A DNA stretch of 64,000 nt from Hormiphora californensis (taxonomy: Eukaryota; Animalia; Ctenophora). A program made the translations under genes and the position numbers. The stretch is taken from the NCBI GenBank assembly GCA_020137815.1, contig CM035357.1:1922001-1986000 (forward strand). The letters are read 5' to 3'. Of the stretch, positions 47,473 to 60,203 are shown in pieces. Below the pieces are notes generated by a model, which was not told where the DNA came from, ran no database searches, and worked only from the letters and a program-made list of their open reading frames with translations. Every line of letters begins with the position of its first letter. The stretch's first letter is position 1.

Positions 47473-50400
47473 TTATGCAGCATCCACACAGTTCCGGGCA
47501 ATGTGACCTGAAATGGGGGTGTGTGAGATTCATCATGTCTTTCATACTTTCGTGTCGATAATATCAATATTAATTACTGCTATCTAAATCTGGTGTCTCT
47601 CATGGTATACTGTACGATGCTACAGAATGGCCCCTCTGTCAGATTCCCCCTATCTCTGTCATATATTCTCACCTGGCTTGTTGCAGGAGTAGCAGACATC
47701 CTCTGTCTGGCTGCAGTCCTTTGAGATGTGACCCTTCTCATTGCATCTGTAGCACGTCTGAAGTATGGGTTGTGTGTGTGAGAGTGCTCTGTAACCACGT
47801 GTATAATAACTTGATTTGTTATAGAAACATCTTCTCTTCAAAATAACGAATGAAGTAGTACAGCTGTACTAGGGGGAGGAATAGGCCGTAGTGGAGCAAT
47901 ACTCTCTTCAGAATAACGAATACTGCGCTAGGCCGGGTGGGGGAGCAATACTTACTGGTTGATCAGGATCACGTCGTGCTCTCTTCCCGTTATCAGGTTG
48001 ATCACAACCCTTGGCAATGTGCCCGGGTTGTCCACAGTTGTAACAGGTATCACTATTGGGACACTCCTTCCTCAGATGTCCCTGGCCTCCGCACTTGTAG
48101 CAGTCACGGCCATCAGAGGGACAGTCCCGGGCAATGTGTCCTCGACCCCCACAACTGTAGCAGCTGTCAAATCCACGCTTGTTCCTGCAGTCTCGGATTA
48201 TGTGACCTGGGGAGGATGATATATGTTAATTAATTGTTTCCCGGGCAACATAGAAAAGTGGAAAACAAATAGATCATTGTAACTTGGGTTCCATTTAATG
48301 AGAGTGAGGTATTATATCACAATACTTGTTTTGTTCAAATCCAGACTCGCGAAAAGAGGGTCGAGCTAGGTAACACAGTACCTGGTTCTCCGCACTGGTA
48401 ACAGCCAGGAGCAGAAGGATCACTAGCACAGTTCCTGGCAATGTGCCCAGTTCCACTGCAGTTGTAACACATCTGCTCACTGTCCTCCTGAGATGGACAC
48501 TCCCTGGCAATATGTCCATCACCCCGGCAGTTGTAGCAGACCATCTCACTTCCCCTGCATTCCCTGGCCTGGTGTCCAGATTTACCACATTTGTAACACT
48601 TTTCTGGGGAAATGAGGGTTAATTTAGTGGAGAAAGGAGCGGGCATCCCCTTTTTTAGCTCGGAACGGCCCTTTGAAACATATAGTGGTAGAGAGAAAGG
48701 TAAGTTTCTATGCAAGTAAGGGATGTAAAAAGGGGGCTAATTGAGGGAAATCATTGCTACAATTAACAAGACAAAGGTTTCAGTAGATCTCTGCATAAAT
48801 GAACAATGTAGTAGAGAAAGAAGAAGGGATGGGCCATGAGGAATTTGGGAAATGAACATGGCCTGGATTTGAGGAGTTCCACAGAACACAACAGCTGTCA
48901 CGTGACTGCGAGATGAACGCGCGCGGCTTAAAACCAGAATGCGCGCAAGATGCACTTTCTACATGTGGGAGGTCGAAGCAAATGGGTACCACACCCGCCC
49001 TCTCCGTCGCGTTCTCACACACACTGATCATGTTTGCATATTAAATCGTGATCACGTCTAACCCATCTTTCTCCAGTCTCCACTATAATATTCTGCACTC
49101 TGACTCAACTACAAAGACAAAACATGGTGTCCCCTTCTTTTTAATGAAATAATAATATTTCCCCCCTTCCTTCCTAAACAGACAAAAGTTGGAAACTGTC
49201 CAAATAAAAACTCCACCCCACTGCAGCAGTAGCTGTTGCTGTGGACTGGGAGTAGACCGTTAACTACCTGAGTTGAGCTCACCTCTTGGCCTTCGTCGGC
49301 TTGTAGGAGGTCGCTCCTTGGCTGAAATGAAACGTATTTAGATGATCACACATTTTAAGATCTGATCAGGGAATATGATTTAAGTTTGGTAATTAAAAAG
49401 TAGTGTAATTTGTTTGGTAATTACTAACTAGTAGCGGAAAGTGGATAGATATGGAAGGGGTTAATATAAATAATAACACCTTCTAGGCGAGAATGAAGGA
49501 GACCAGACTGATAATAAGCAGATAACGAAATCCGAGCATTTGATTTTGCAGTATAATGTTTCAAGGCCGTTTTTTTTCTTGAATTATGCTAGATGATGAC
49601 CTAATCATAAGTCAAGCATGATGTAATGTATAGGAGAAATGGAAAGAGATGGGCGGAAGATCAAAGCAGATCAAAGTATGAATTGTACGTGAAATAATAA
49701 TTCTCCCTTGCCCTCTAGATTTATAACGTTATAACGTCCCTAAGTATTTGAAAGTAGGAAAATCAAGCTGGGGAGGGGTGAGACGAAGAATCAGAAAGTG
49801 AGACTTCACTGAAGATAGCGGAAGTGGAGAAACAAGGACCGGTGAAATCTTGTCAGGGCGCTAGAAACTATATACTGGAGTCGCCTGACACTGTGTCTAA
49901 AATGTACAATTCAATGAAACTCACGTTCTTCAGGGCATTCTTTGGAAATGTGACCTGTCAGCAGACAATTGTAACACAGGGCATCTGAAATTAGGTTTGG
50001 TGTTAGAAAATGGAAGGATAAATGGTGATTGGTGACTGGCGAGAGAATGATATCTTACACTTTATTAGATTGCTTGACATGCTATAACTTTTTACAACTA
50101 CACACACACAACTACTACTGGCAAAACTAGTCGATTCGGAGTGCTTTTCAGTGTGTACTGTGTACCCCAAAATCAAGTACTGGCAAAATTTAGAGGGCGG
50201 AGATATAATAGGAAAACCCCCTATTAAATCGATCCTATTAGGCCAAGTAACATCACTTTGGGTGTGCTATGCGAAGGAACTAAATAATTTATCACCAAAC
50301 CAAGCAGTGAAAAGTTATGAAACCTGAGTTCTTAGATGAGATTTCTGAGATACGAGGGCTCAAAGTTAGATGTCTCTCAGTCATTTAAAAAACACACTGT

Positions 50401-50604
50401 ATAAAAAGTTTACATCCGTAGAACAAACATAGAATACATAACAATGGGTTGTGTATACTGTGTATTGTATAATACTGTGTTTTGTATTGCATTACTGTAA
50501 TACTGTAATACTGTATTACAATTGTATAATTGTATACCTTCAGAAGTACATTCCTTAACCAGGTGACCGGCCTCTCCGCATCTGTAACACCCTCCTCTCA
50601 CCAT
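47473..50604 (-). CDS. CNBP/GIS2-like nucleic-acid-binding protein with 11 CCHC zinc knuckles, seven coding exons
   Basis: Exons near 50604-50538, 49984-49925, 49322-49283, 48603-48382, 48206-47956, 47757-47673, 47507-47473 splice in phase; repeated CY.C...GH....C. Confidence 0.88.
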
Positions 50605-50857
50605 CTCTCTCTCTCGCACCGCCTGACGCCTACTACAACAGGATGAGATTTAGATTGAGGGGGGGGGGGGGTTAAGGTTTTATTAGTCGAAACCTAACTT
50701 TTCCATCAGGCACCAGGGTCCAGGGCACCAAGAGAAACATATTTAAATCTTTTACGCATTTGACGCTGCACTGCCCTCTTATTTGCGAGGAAAATAAAAG
50801 ACAGCAAAGACAAAAATTACCACCGCAGGAGACGACACTCGACAGGATATTTCATTG

Positions 50858-51853
50858 TTTAATAATAATAATAATAATAAAAATGACAGTTTATATCCCG
50901 CACTGACACAGTTTTAATTACAGACAACTCGTTTTCCTTCATTTGAAAGGGACTGCAGCAGACTGCCTGCTCCTAGCACGGTTCTCTGATAACGGTGAAT
51001 TAGTCGGGAACTATCCCACTTGGATAACATTGTTACGGATAAAATAGCAGCCGTCTGGATCTTCTAGTCGTATCCGTTTCAAAGTGGACCTGAGAGCTTT
51101 TTGCTCCTTCAGTTCAGAGGGCGTTAGATCCGGAGATAGATAAACAGCCGAAAACTGTTTGGAGTCTTTGAGGTTTCGTGCTTTTTTGAGAAGCGCCAGG
51201 AGAGTCGCTCTCCTCTCCAGGGATACTAAGAGCGGTCTAGGACGTTTCTCATTTCTTTCCCCGATGCGTTCTATCGTTGTCATTTTCGGTTTCTCTTGCA
51301 GTTCCTCAAAAAGTTCGTCTAAAGTAGTTTTAGCCACTCTATCGGTTGTTTCTTGGAGACCAAACACAATCAGGTTCTTCTCTCTTCCGGGTTGTTGGAC
51401 GGGAGTAGGGTGGTGCGACGTTAGTGGTTTTACCACTTTAGGGGAGGTTGCAGCACAATTCTGTGCAAGCACAGAAGAGTAGGCTTTCACCTTCTGCACC
51501 GAAGTTGACACTGCACTTAGTTGTTGCTTTTGGGCTTCAATAACCGTTTGCTGAAGCTCAATCACGCTAAGACGGTGGCGATCAAGTTCTTCTTTGCATT
51601 CACATAGTTGCTTCTCGAGTTTTTCAGCGCTCATAACATTTTCAAAATTGGCCCAGTTACCCCGGTTTTCGCAACGACAAAAAAGACCCCGGATTTCGCT
51701 AAAAAAAGGAGGCGACAGTTTACCCGATACACCAGTGCAGTGACGGCGCTCGTGGGTGTCCGCAGACACCCATGCCAGACGCCCTGCCGTTTGATCTCCC
51801 CAGAGCGCCGGCTGGGGCACCCATGTTCCCGGCGCCTTGTCAGTCTCTACCAT
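50858..51853 (-). mobile_element. ORF1-only LINE derivative (CR1/Jockey-type ORF1 at 51853-51011) ending in a (TTA)n tail
   Basis: Coiled coil, REKNLIVFGLQE, RIG...RPRPLLV, VYLSPDLT; (TTA)n about 130 bp after the stop; no ORF2. Confidence 0.75.
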
Positions 51854-52728
51854 CTGTTAGTTCTTATGGCCCTTTTTCGAGTGGGTTGCCGGTTGCGACT
51901 TGGGTATGTTAGGCCGTTTTAAAATTTTAGCCAGCTTTTGGGGAATTTTTTTTGCGAAAGCCGGGGTACCGGTTCAAATAGAACATGTCAATACAATAAT
52001 TTATACAGATTATTATTATTATTATTAACTCTAAAATGTATACATTACATATACTGCCCCTTTTTGTGGGCGAAACGGATAGTCATTAATAAGTCCCATT
52101 AGAAGTCTCTTCAGTGCACATGTCACTGATTAGAAATCAGCCACATTTAATTACCCCCCTGCTAACCCAGTATCGTCCATTCGGACTGTCTCGCCTCAGT
52201 CCTTTCACTGTATCAACGAGAGAAAGCGTTATAAAAATAAAATTTACTCTTCTGTCGTCATAATAAGTTAAATACATACATAATAATAATAATAATAATA
52301 TTCCGCGCTTATATACCGCCCATACCCGACGGAAACATGTCAAAATATTGGCGATGTTCCGACGAGTCATCAGAGCGGTATATCCTAGAGTAAAAATATC
52401 GCACACGAACAATTCTGGTTGAAAAAGACAATATATGGAAAACTAAATTAACTGGACTTATCAAACTGGGGGAATAACTGGTCCCATAAACCTGTAGATA
52501 TAATTTTAAACACGCTATACTCACACCTGCTCAAAAAAGGATACCAGATAGTGATTTAATAACATGACTAGAGAGAGGATGACACTGACTGCCCGCAGAC
52601 CCCACAACTACAACAAACATTACAACTCAGCCATGGGTTCCCCATCACCCACTCCAAATGCACCAACGAAGAGATGTGTTTTCAGGCGAGCTTTAAAGGT
52701 ATCAACGTTGGGGATCGACCTTAACATA

Positions 52729-53136
52729 TCAAATAAGATGAAAATCGTTTGTTTTACTACAAAAGTGTGTCCATTTATTGCCCCTGTACCCCCTGATGGC
52801 GATTAGGATGGTCTTCAACAACGAGAAAGACAGCCGAAGCCGAATGCACCGGATGGCATCGTTGTAAGTGTGGCCCGTTTTGTCAGATAGAAGTTTAGCG
52901 ACCTTCTTGTAGAACACCTCCGATTGGGGGCCCATAACCCCAGTTGTTGAAAAGACTAGAGGTGTGAAAGTTGCCTTCTCGACCTGAAGGACTCTGTCGT
53001 TGTAATTTAGTACCTTTTCCCTCTCGTGTCTCCTCATAGTGTCCTGGAGGGACTTGCCGATGTTGGTTGGCGCAAGACTGTTGAATACACGGATGTCAGT
53101 GTAAACTTTGTCTAAGTCACTCCACACATTACGCAC
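52729..53136 (-). mobile_element. 3' fragment of a CRE-type (restriction-like endonuclease) non-LTR retrotransposon
   Basis: DIRVFN..AP, HEREK...YN.RVLQVEKATFTPLVFSTTGVMG, RLRLSFSLL.....IRGYR. Confidence 0.8.
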
Positions 53137-53696
53137 CAGTTACAGATTGATACCCTGATATCAGGGGGACGCTCCCTGATATCAGGGCACCGCGCGTTCC
53201 TGCATGCCCGGCCATCTTGATGCCCGGGCACGCAGATGGTTCTGTGGGAACCATGTGACATTGCTGCGCGTCACGTAATTTGAATGCAAATGTACAGCTA
53301 ACGCGCATGTCAGCACTCACTTGCTTGCCGACCATACAGCTTGGGAACTGATGCATGGGAATCTCTAACTGGTGCCTAACGGGCAGAAACATCCAAACGG
53401 GCACTGTTAGTAGAACGGGGAAAAAAATTTAAAAACACAGAACCTTTTTGTTTTTTGAATTCCGAATTGCAGTGCACGCGCGTCACAACATTTCAATGCG
53501 CGGCTCGGTTTGGCAGACGCTTAACAAAATTATGGCGCGCCACGTAGAAACCCTGATATGATAAAATTTTGACAATCTCAAAGAAATATTTTGAAAAATG
53601 TTGAAACAGCACAGTACACAGAAGATTTCTTGAATTTCAATAACACAACTCTCTGTCTCTATCAGAAAGTTCTTCTTTCTATCTCTCTCTATTTCT

Positions 53697-55381
53697 TTAT
53701 CTCTCAACAAACTCTTCAGCTACAAAAGGTCCCGTTTCCTCAATGACAATGGTTGGTGGTGGATCCTTGAGGGAGATTAGGAGACTTTGGGAATCTTCCT
53801 CCGAGGACGGAGGACCCAGGACACCCATCGTGTGGAATTGGTTGTGCCTGCAGCAGTAGGGTTGGGGTTAGGTATTTCAGAAGTTTTTAGAAATAGAAAC
53901 GGCTGATCTGATAGAAACTCAGCAGGACAAAAGGAACGTTTGAATCAGCTGGGAACGAATAATTTAAAGCAAAAATATTCGGTAACTATAATAGTTCTTG
54001 AAATCACCAAACACACAGAAATAACTTGTTATGTCCTAACCCTCCTTTACAATACCGCCACCAAGGCAACCATAAAATACCTTGTTTTCTTGATGTAAGG
54101 TTGATCACTAAGAACGCTCCGAGTATCAATGGATGGTCCAGTTCTTTTGTGTGATGGTTGGTGACTTACTGTATCTGTTAACGCACTTCTCGCATCCCAT
54201 TCTATCCTTTCCACTTTACTAGCCCTGTGTGGTAGAGAAATGGTGGTTAAGACTTTGGAGATGAAAAATGTTAACAGTGATGAATAATATATGAGGGAAA
54301 GTTATTGCCCCACCCCCTCCTTGATGTACCGAACCCTCACAGACGGTGCGAGCTCCACAACCCCCCTCCCCGATAGAGATTTACTTTTTGTAAGTTGGTC
54401 TGTTACCTGAAGATTCGTTTCCTGAGGGGTGTGGCAGCTGGAGAGGGTAGAACATCTATCTCATCAGGAAGGGAGAACGTTCGGTGTCCCAACTTTCTCT
54501 GTTTATCAATAATCTGAAATGGGTTCAATATTTCATACCACTAGTCCAACATGTAATGGACGGCATAATTTCAATTCAAATTTTACTAACTTCACATAGT
54601 GATGACCTTTGCCGCAGTGCCACTACCGACAAGACAAGAGTAGGAGCACCGTGCCTAACATGTCACGCCACATTTTGGGCACATGTTGTGACAACATTGT
54701 TATCACGCCACTTACCAGTCGTATTTCTGTGTTGAGAGTTCGTTCCCGTAACCTTTGTTGCATATCAATCTGCTTCAGCTTGTTCTCTAATGATATTTCC
54801 TCCCCGGCGTTCCTTCTGTTCGCATGGTCCTGGGGGAGGGGGGAGTTTGATTGTTATGTTCTAACCCTCCCTTTTACATGTGTACCCTTTTGAGGATTTT
54901 AAGTTATATTCTCGATATTTTGAGAGGTGGGGAGGGGAGTTTGAGAGGTCCTGGGGAGGGATAGTTTGAGAGGTCCTAGGGAGGGAGAGTTTGAGAGATG
55001 GGAGAGTTTGAGAGGTAGAGATCCCTCCGAGCCCCAAGGGATCAATAGTTTGGATCGGGAGGGATCAGGGAGGATAGGTAATACAGAGTCGTCGGTGTAT
55101 CGGACAAGGGAGTTGTTTACTAGACAGGCTTACACATCAATCATACAATCGCACACGTGTGCAACAGGAGAGAGAGGGAGACAGAAAGATAGAGAGAGAA
55201 AGCAGGGTACGGTTATGATATAGTCTGTAGCAGTGCTATGGTATATTATACCGGACCCTGTTTAAGTAGTTTGTGATTGTTGTTAGCTTTTGCTGCGTCT
55301 GTTGTCAGCTTTTGTACTTATTACATATTATATGGGATCTATCTGCCACACCTGTCGCTTGGTAAAGTAGTAGTTTTCCAT
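53697..55381 (-). CDS. Uncharacterised five-exon protein with an N-terminal coiled coil
   Basis: MENYYFTKRQ / DHANRRNAGEEISLENKLKQIDMQQRLRERTLNTEIRL / IIDKQRKL... / ASKVERIEWD... / HNQF...EEFVER* joined by in-phase GT-AG introns; first exon tentative. Confidence 0.6.
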
Positions 55382-57806
55382 TAGTTACCGCTGTTACAAT
55401 TTAACATTTTGGGTTTGAACTATTCTGAAGAACTGAACAACTTGAACTAAGAGAACTTGTGGTATAATCACTATGAGATATATCTGTTAGGAAATACAAA
55501 TTCAAAGTGTAGTCGAAGCAAGACAATAGTTGAACTGTTCGGGGGCCCAACTGTTCGCACTGCTACCCGAACAATCCAAGACAATAGTAGTATAACCACA
55601 TAACGATCGGCCATAAAACGGAGTGATACATGTGGCAGTTGTTCATGTACTACTGATACACGTCCATTAGTACTAGTGGTCATGGTGGTAAAGTCACGTG
55701 GGGACGGATTGTGGTTTTCAGTGATCATTTTAACACACTTTATCAGAGATGAGAGAGGGAGTATGAGGGACTAGGAGAGAAGGAGATTTAGTACAGAGCT
55801 CATTACATCTTTGAACTTATCAGATGAATGATGATACGCCATATCAGATACGGCCAAACTACTGAATAGCTGATAGCACTGTTTTAGCGCTAAAACAGAA
55901 CAGGAGAATTTTGCGTTAAAAAAGGCCTCCTAGGCGGCACTTTGATTAAAAAGAAGTATTGTACTTCAAGTACCTAACTGATCCTAGATTTGAGTGACCG
56001 CATGAGCAGAAGAAGAAGAAGGAGGAGTGAATGTTAAAAATGAAGCTATAGTATACGGAGCTGTCATGTATTATAATATCCAGTACTACTACATGCACCT
56101 GTCGGCACGAAAATCAATTTCAAATGCAACGAGGAGAGATGGATTCTTAGAAAGAGAGGGAGGGAGAGAGATGGATAGAGAGGGAGAGAGAGAGAGGGAG
56201 AGAAGATGCTTAAAAAGTGATTTTAGGAAAATTGGGTGGAATTAGGGATAGATGCTAAAGAGCTTGACGACGTAGCAGGAGACAGGAAAGTAGGAATTGC
56301 GTAGTAAATGCAACAAGCACTAATGTGGATAATGGGAGAGGGCGAGAGATATAGAAAGAGAGAGAGAGAGAGACAAGGAAAGAGAGAGAGATGGAAAGAG
56401 ATGGGAGAGAGATGGGGGGGAGCAAAGAGACGGGGTGATTGTATGCATTTTATGATCGTGATACTAAGAAAATAAAGCACAAACTACAAACTAGAAACAG
56501 AGAAAAATTGTTACAGGCATTAGGCCAAATGTCATACATGCATGCACAATCTGAGTGATTTATGTTTGAAGATATATATCACGATTTGCTACATTGATTC
56601 AACACCGTTTTAACTTCCATTCTGCCGTTTTAGATATGCACAAACTATAGTTTTACAGCACTAGAGGACAAATCGTGAATGATCATCAAACGATCCGATA
56701 TTGGATTGGACACAAAGAGGAGGGGTCAGTTAAATTTACACTGCTTGAAGTGTTATGACGGATTAGTTTTAAAATCTAACGATCTCCTGCCGACCGCAAC
56801 ATAAATCAGAGGATATATATATCTCCAGCAGAGAGACAAAGAAAGAATTGTAAGATATACCCCCTTCATCAAGCTGTCAATAAAATCATTCTAAAAAAAG
56901 GGCAGTAGCTAGCCATGTAAATTAACCAGAAATCACAACCAGATCAGCTATCAGAGAGATTTGACACCAGAGAGATATTATATCAGAGAGTTCTGTAATC
57001 GGAGAGATCATAGAGATCATAAACATCATGCCAGAGCAATGGGCAGTGTGCGTGGAGCAAGTTAACGGCGGGAGAGGGAGTAGTAAAATGGTCGTATTGC
57101 CTGTACAGATAGGTGATACAGTAAAAATCGTAGCTAAGGTAGGTGTAACTTGTGCAGTAATAATGAGCGATTTGATATGTGACAAATCACCACACTAGCT
57201 CACATTCCTAGCCTCGTATTTTGTTTCTGACGCATGAAGGAGCAAATTCTCTGTGAGTCACGGTGATGTGCTGCAGCAGCACTGTATAATGTATCATGTA
57301 GCCATTAATTAACCACCGAATTCTGACTTCTGAGAAATCGAGATATGATAGTGGTCTATTCGATTCGTAAAACACACGTGATACATTCCAACAAAATACT
57401 TGATCGGCACTATGTAACTATGTATTCTACCCCCCCCCCCCCAAGGAGCCCCTTTTTAACTTCATACAAGATCAGGGAGATACCCATCCCCCTCCCAGAT
57501 CTACAATGATTCAACCCCCCCCCACAGGGCCTCATTTTAACCAGGGAGATGCTAGACACTATACAACCCATGCTCCTCCCAGACTCCAGAGCTCCGAATA
57601 TCCCCCACAAGACTAGTATAAACACTCATTTTTCTCCTCCCAGAGTTCCGACGATTGGTGGATGTGTAGCGACGGAGAGGAAGTTGGGTACATTCCACCC
57701 TCCTGTCTGTTGGAAACAAATCAATCTCTAGATATCCAGGACATTGATGTACCGGAAGAGGTCGATCTGAAGAGCATTTTGAAATCTGTCATAGAGGAGG
57801 ATGACA

Positions 57807-57808
<2 letters not shown>

Positions 57809-57895
<87 letters not shown>

Positions 57896-57931
57896 AGAGA
57901 GAAAGAGAGAGAGAGATAGATAGAGATAGAG
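57809..57931. repeat. (GA)n microsatellite
   Basis: direct inspection. Confidence 0.95.
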
Positions 57932-58115
57932 ACCCGTTGGAATGTTTCTGCTGGTCTTGTTTTTCATCAACGGGAGCATTATAGCAAACAATGAAAGCAA
58001 TTAAGTATTTTGAAATAAATGAAAAGAAGAAACTAAAATAAATAGCACCCTCAGCGGCGACGAACCGGCGAACCGGAGAGAACTCTCGAGAATTCATATA
58101 TTTTGAATTCGGGCT

Positions 58116-58692
58116 GGGGGGGTTATCATGGTGACAAATGGTGACAAATGGTGACTCATCTGACCATTTAGGGTATGTCACCATCACCATTTGTCACCAT
58201 TTGTCACCATTTATCTCCATTTGTCACCATTTGTCTCCATTTGTCTCCATTTTTTGACGAAATTTGCGGATTTCGGCAGAATTTCTTTAAAATTTTTAAA
58301 GAAATTTGATAAAATTTTTTAATTTCTTTAGACCGATATATTTGTTCATAAGTTGTTACCATGGCCATCCCGGATCGGCTAGTAGTGTTTTGGACCGCTA
58401 AAACTTCCCGAAAGTCACGTTGAGGGTGTACCTCCCTCGCAGAACACATAAAAGCGCAATTAACCACCTGTGACCCCTTAATTACATCCAATCGACTTGA
58501 AACTTGGTAGAAGTGTCCCCCAGTGTCCCATAACATCATATTATGTCCCATAACATCATATTATGCCTGTAGGAAGCTGCAGAGAGAATGGTGACAAATG
58601 GTGACTCATCTCAAAATTTTGGTCATGTCACCATCACCATTTGTCACCATATGTCACCATTTGTCACCATTTGTCACCATGATTACCCCCCC
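58116..58692. mobile_element. Non-autonomous DNA element with poly-G/poly-C termini, subterminal ATGGTGACAA arrays and 8-bp TSD
   Basis: TTCGGGCT | GGGGGGGTTATCATGGTGACAAATGGTGAC ... GTCACCATGATTACCCCCCC | TTCGGGCT. Confidence 0.85.
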
Positions 58693-60203
58693 TTCGGGCT
58701 AGCGTTAAAATATAACAAAACCGGAGAGAATTCATAGTTTTTGAAGTCTAACAAAAACCTCTTTCCTAGTTTTCTATTCTCTGGTAAAGGCAAGGGGAAG
58801 AGAAAGAGTGTTTCGTTTGATCCGGAGCACAGTGTTCAACTAATCCCCGCTAAAGGGAGTGTAACATCACTAGATCTACACCAGAACTACAGAGAACCTA
58901 TGTTACCAGAAGATACAGGTGGGTGACGTGATTGTTCTATTTTTAGTTTATATGTAGAGGCTGAGTGTGTGGTTCTTCTGTTTTATAGTGGCTGGGTGAG
59001 TCTAAACAAGCACTGAATATGATAATGTGGTCAAGTTGTACCATATTGAGATTTCAGAACGTTAGTTGCCGCTGCTGTAGTCCTTCTATTTAGCACCTGC
59101 TTACATCTAACGTGTCTCTAGTCAAACTAAATAGGTCCCCTTTTATTTACTGAGCGACATAAACATGTTACATAAAATATTTAACACCATAAGGGGGGGG
59201 GGGGCTTGTGTCTGTTACCATAACGTTATATTGTGAGAGCATGTACTGTGTGTTAACCGATTCTCTGATTCTCTCTCCAGGTTCCCCAACTTCATCACCA
59301 CTCCCGTCCCGAGCTAAGAAAATCAAGATAACCTTCACCCGAAACAACAAATACGGATATTTTGCTAATCCAGAATACGAGGAATCTGGTTATAGCGTTC
59401 ATCATAGCAGCAAGTGAGTCTAATGGAATCTAATGAAACCAAAAGTGGCTCGATGTTATTTTTCCCGATTAAAAGATTAGATGAGTGTTGTAATAGCCGA
59501 GCTATAGAGCAAATGCAATCTCACAAAACAGTTTGAACACCCTGAATGAACATTGACCAACCCTGCTCTCCCCGTGTTTTAGTTGCGATAAAGATATCTG
59601 CGTTCATTGGAAGACAGGAAACCATGACCGATGCATGAACACTGAACAATTCAAGAAGGGTGCTGAGAAAATAGGGTTGCTTGCGGAGGGACTAAGTATT
59701 GTTTCATCTCTGTTCAAGGATAAGCAGAGTCCAGAAGATGATAAGGAGAAACATAGCAAGTTTAGTTTGATGGAGTTTTTGATACCGCGGGAGTAATTTG
59801 CTTGTCAGTTGTTTTTATTATGATTTTCAACAAAGAGAGTGACAATGATTCGATTTCTAAAATTAGACCTTTACCCCAGCCCGCCCTTCCCCAAATGTTT
59901 CCCCAAAAATGATTCTTGCTCGGAAACTTTAACTCCCCCTTTCTTATTGCTGTTGTCAGTTCTTCAAAAACCCCGGGGGAGCTGTCAGTTATCACAATAG
60001 CATAAATAAAATGTTCTAACACATAACTCATAAACTAACCTGTCGCCTGCTTGATTTCAGAGCCAGCTCCACCCAGGCAGGTTTAAAGGCACGTTCTTCA
60101 TCTCCCTCTGCATCCATACACAGTGTGTATTACACAGTGTATTACACACCCACTACAGCCTGTTGGGAGAGAGGGTGGGTTTAGGGGGAAATGCAGGTTT
60201 ATA

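Noticed and set aside
58741-59417. Two plus-strand exon-like segments with an RVxF-like RKSVSF motif
   Set aside because: No start or homology identified; too little support to call a gene
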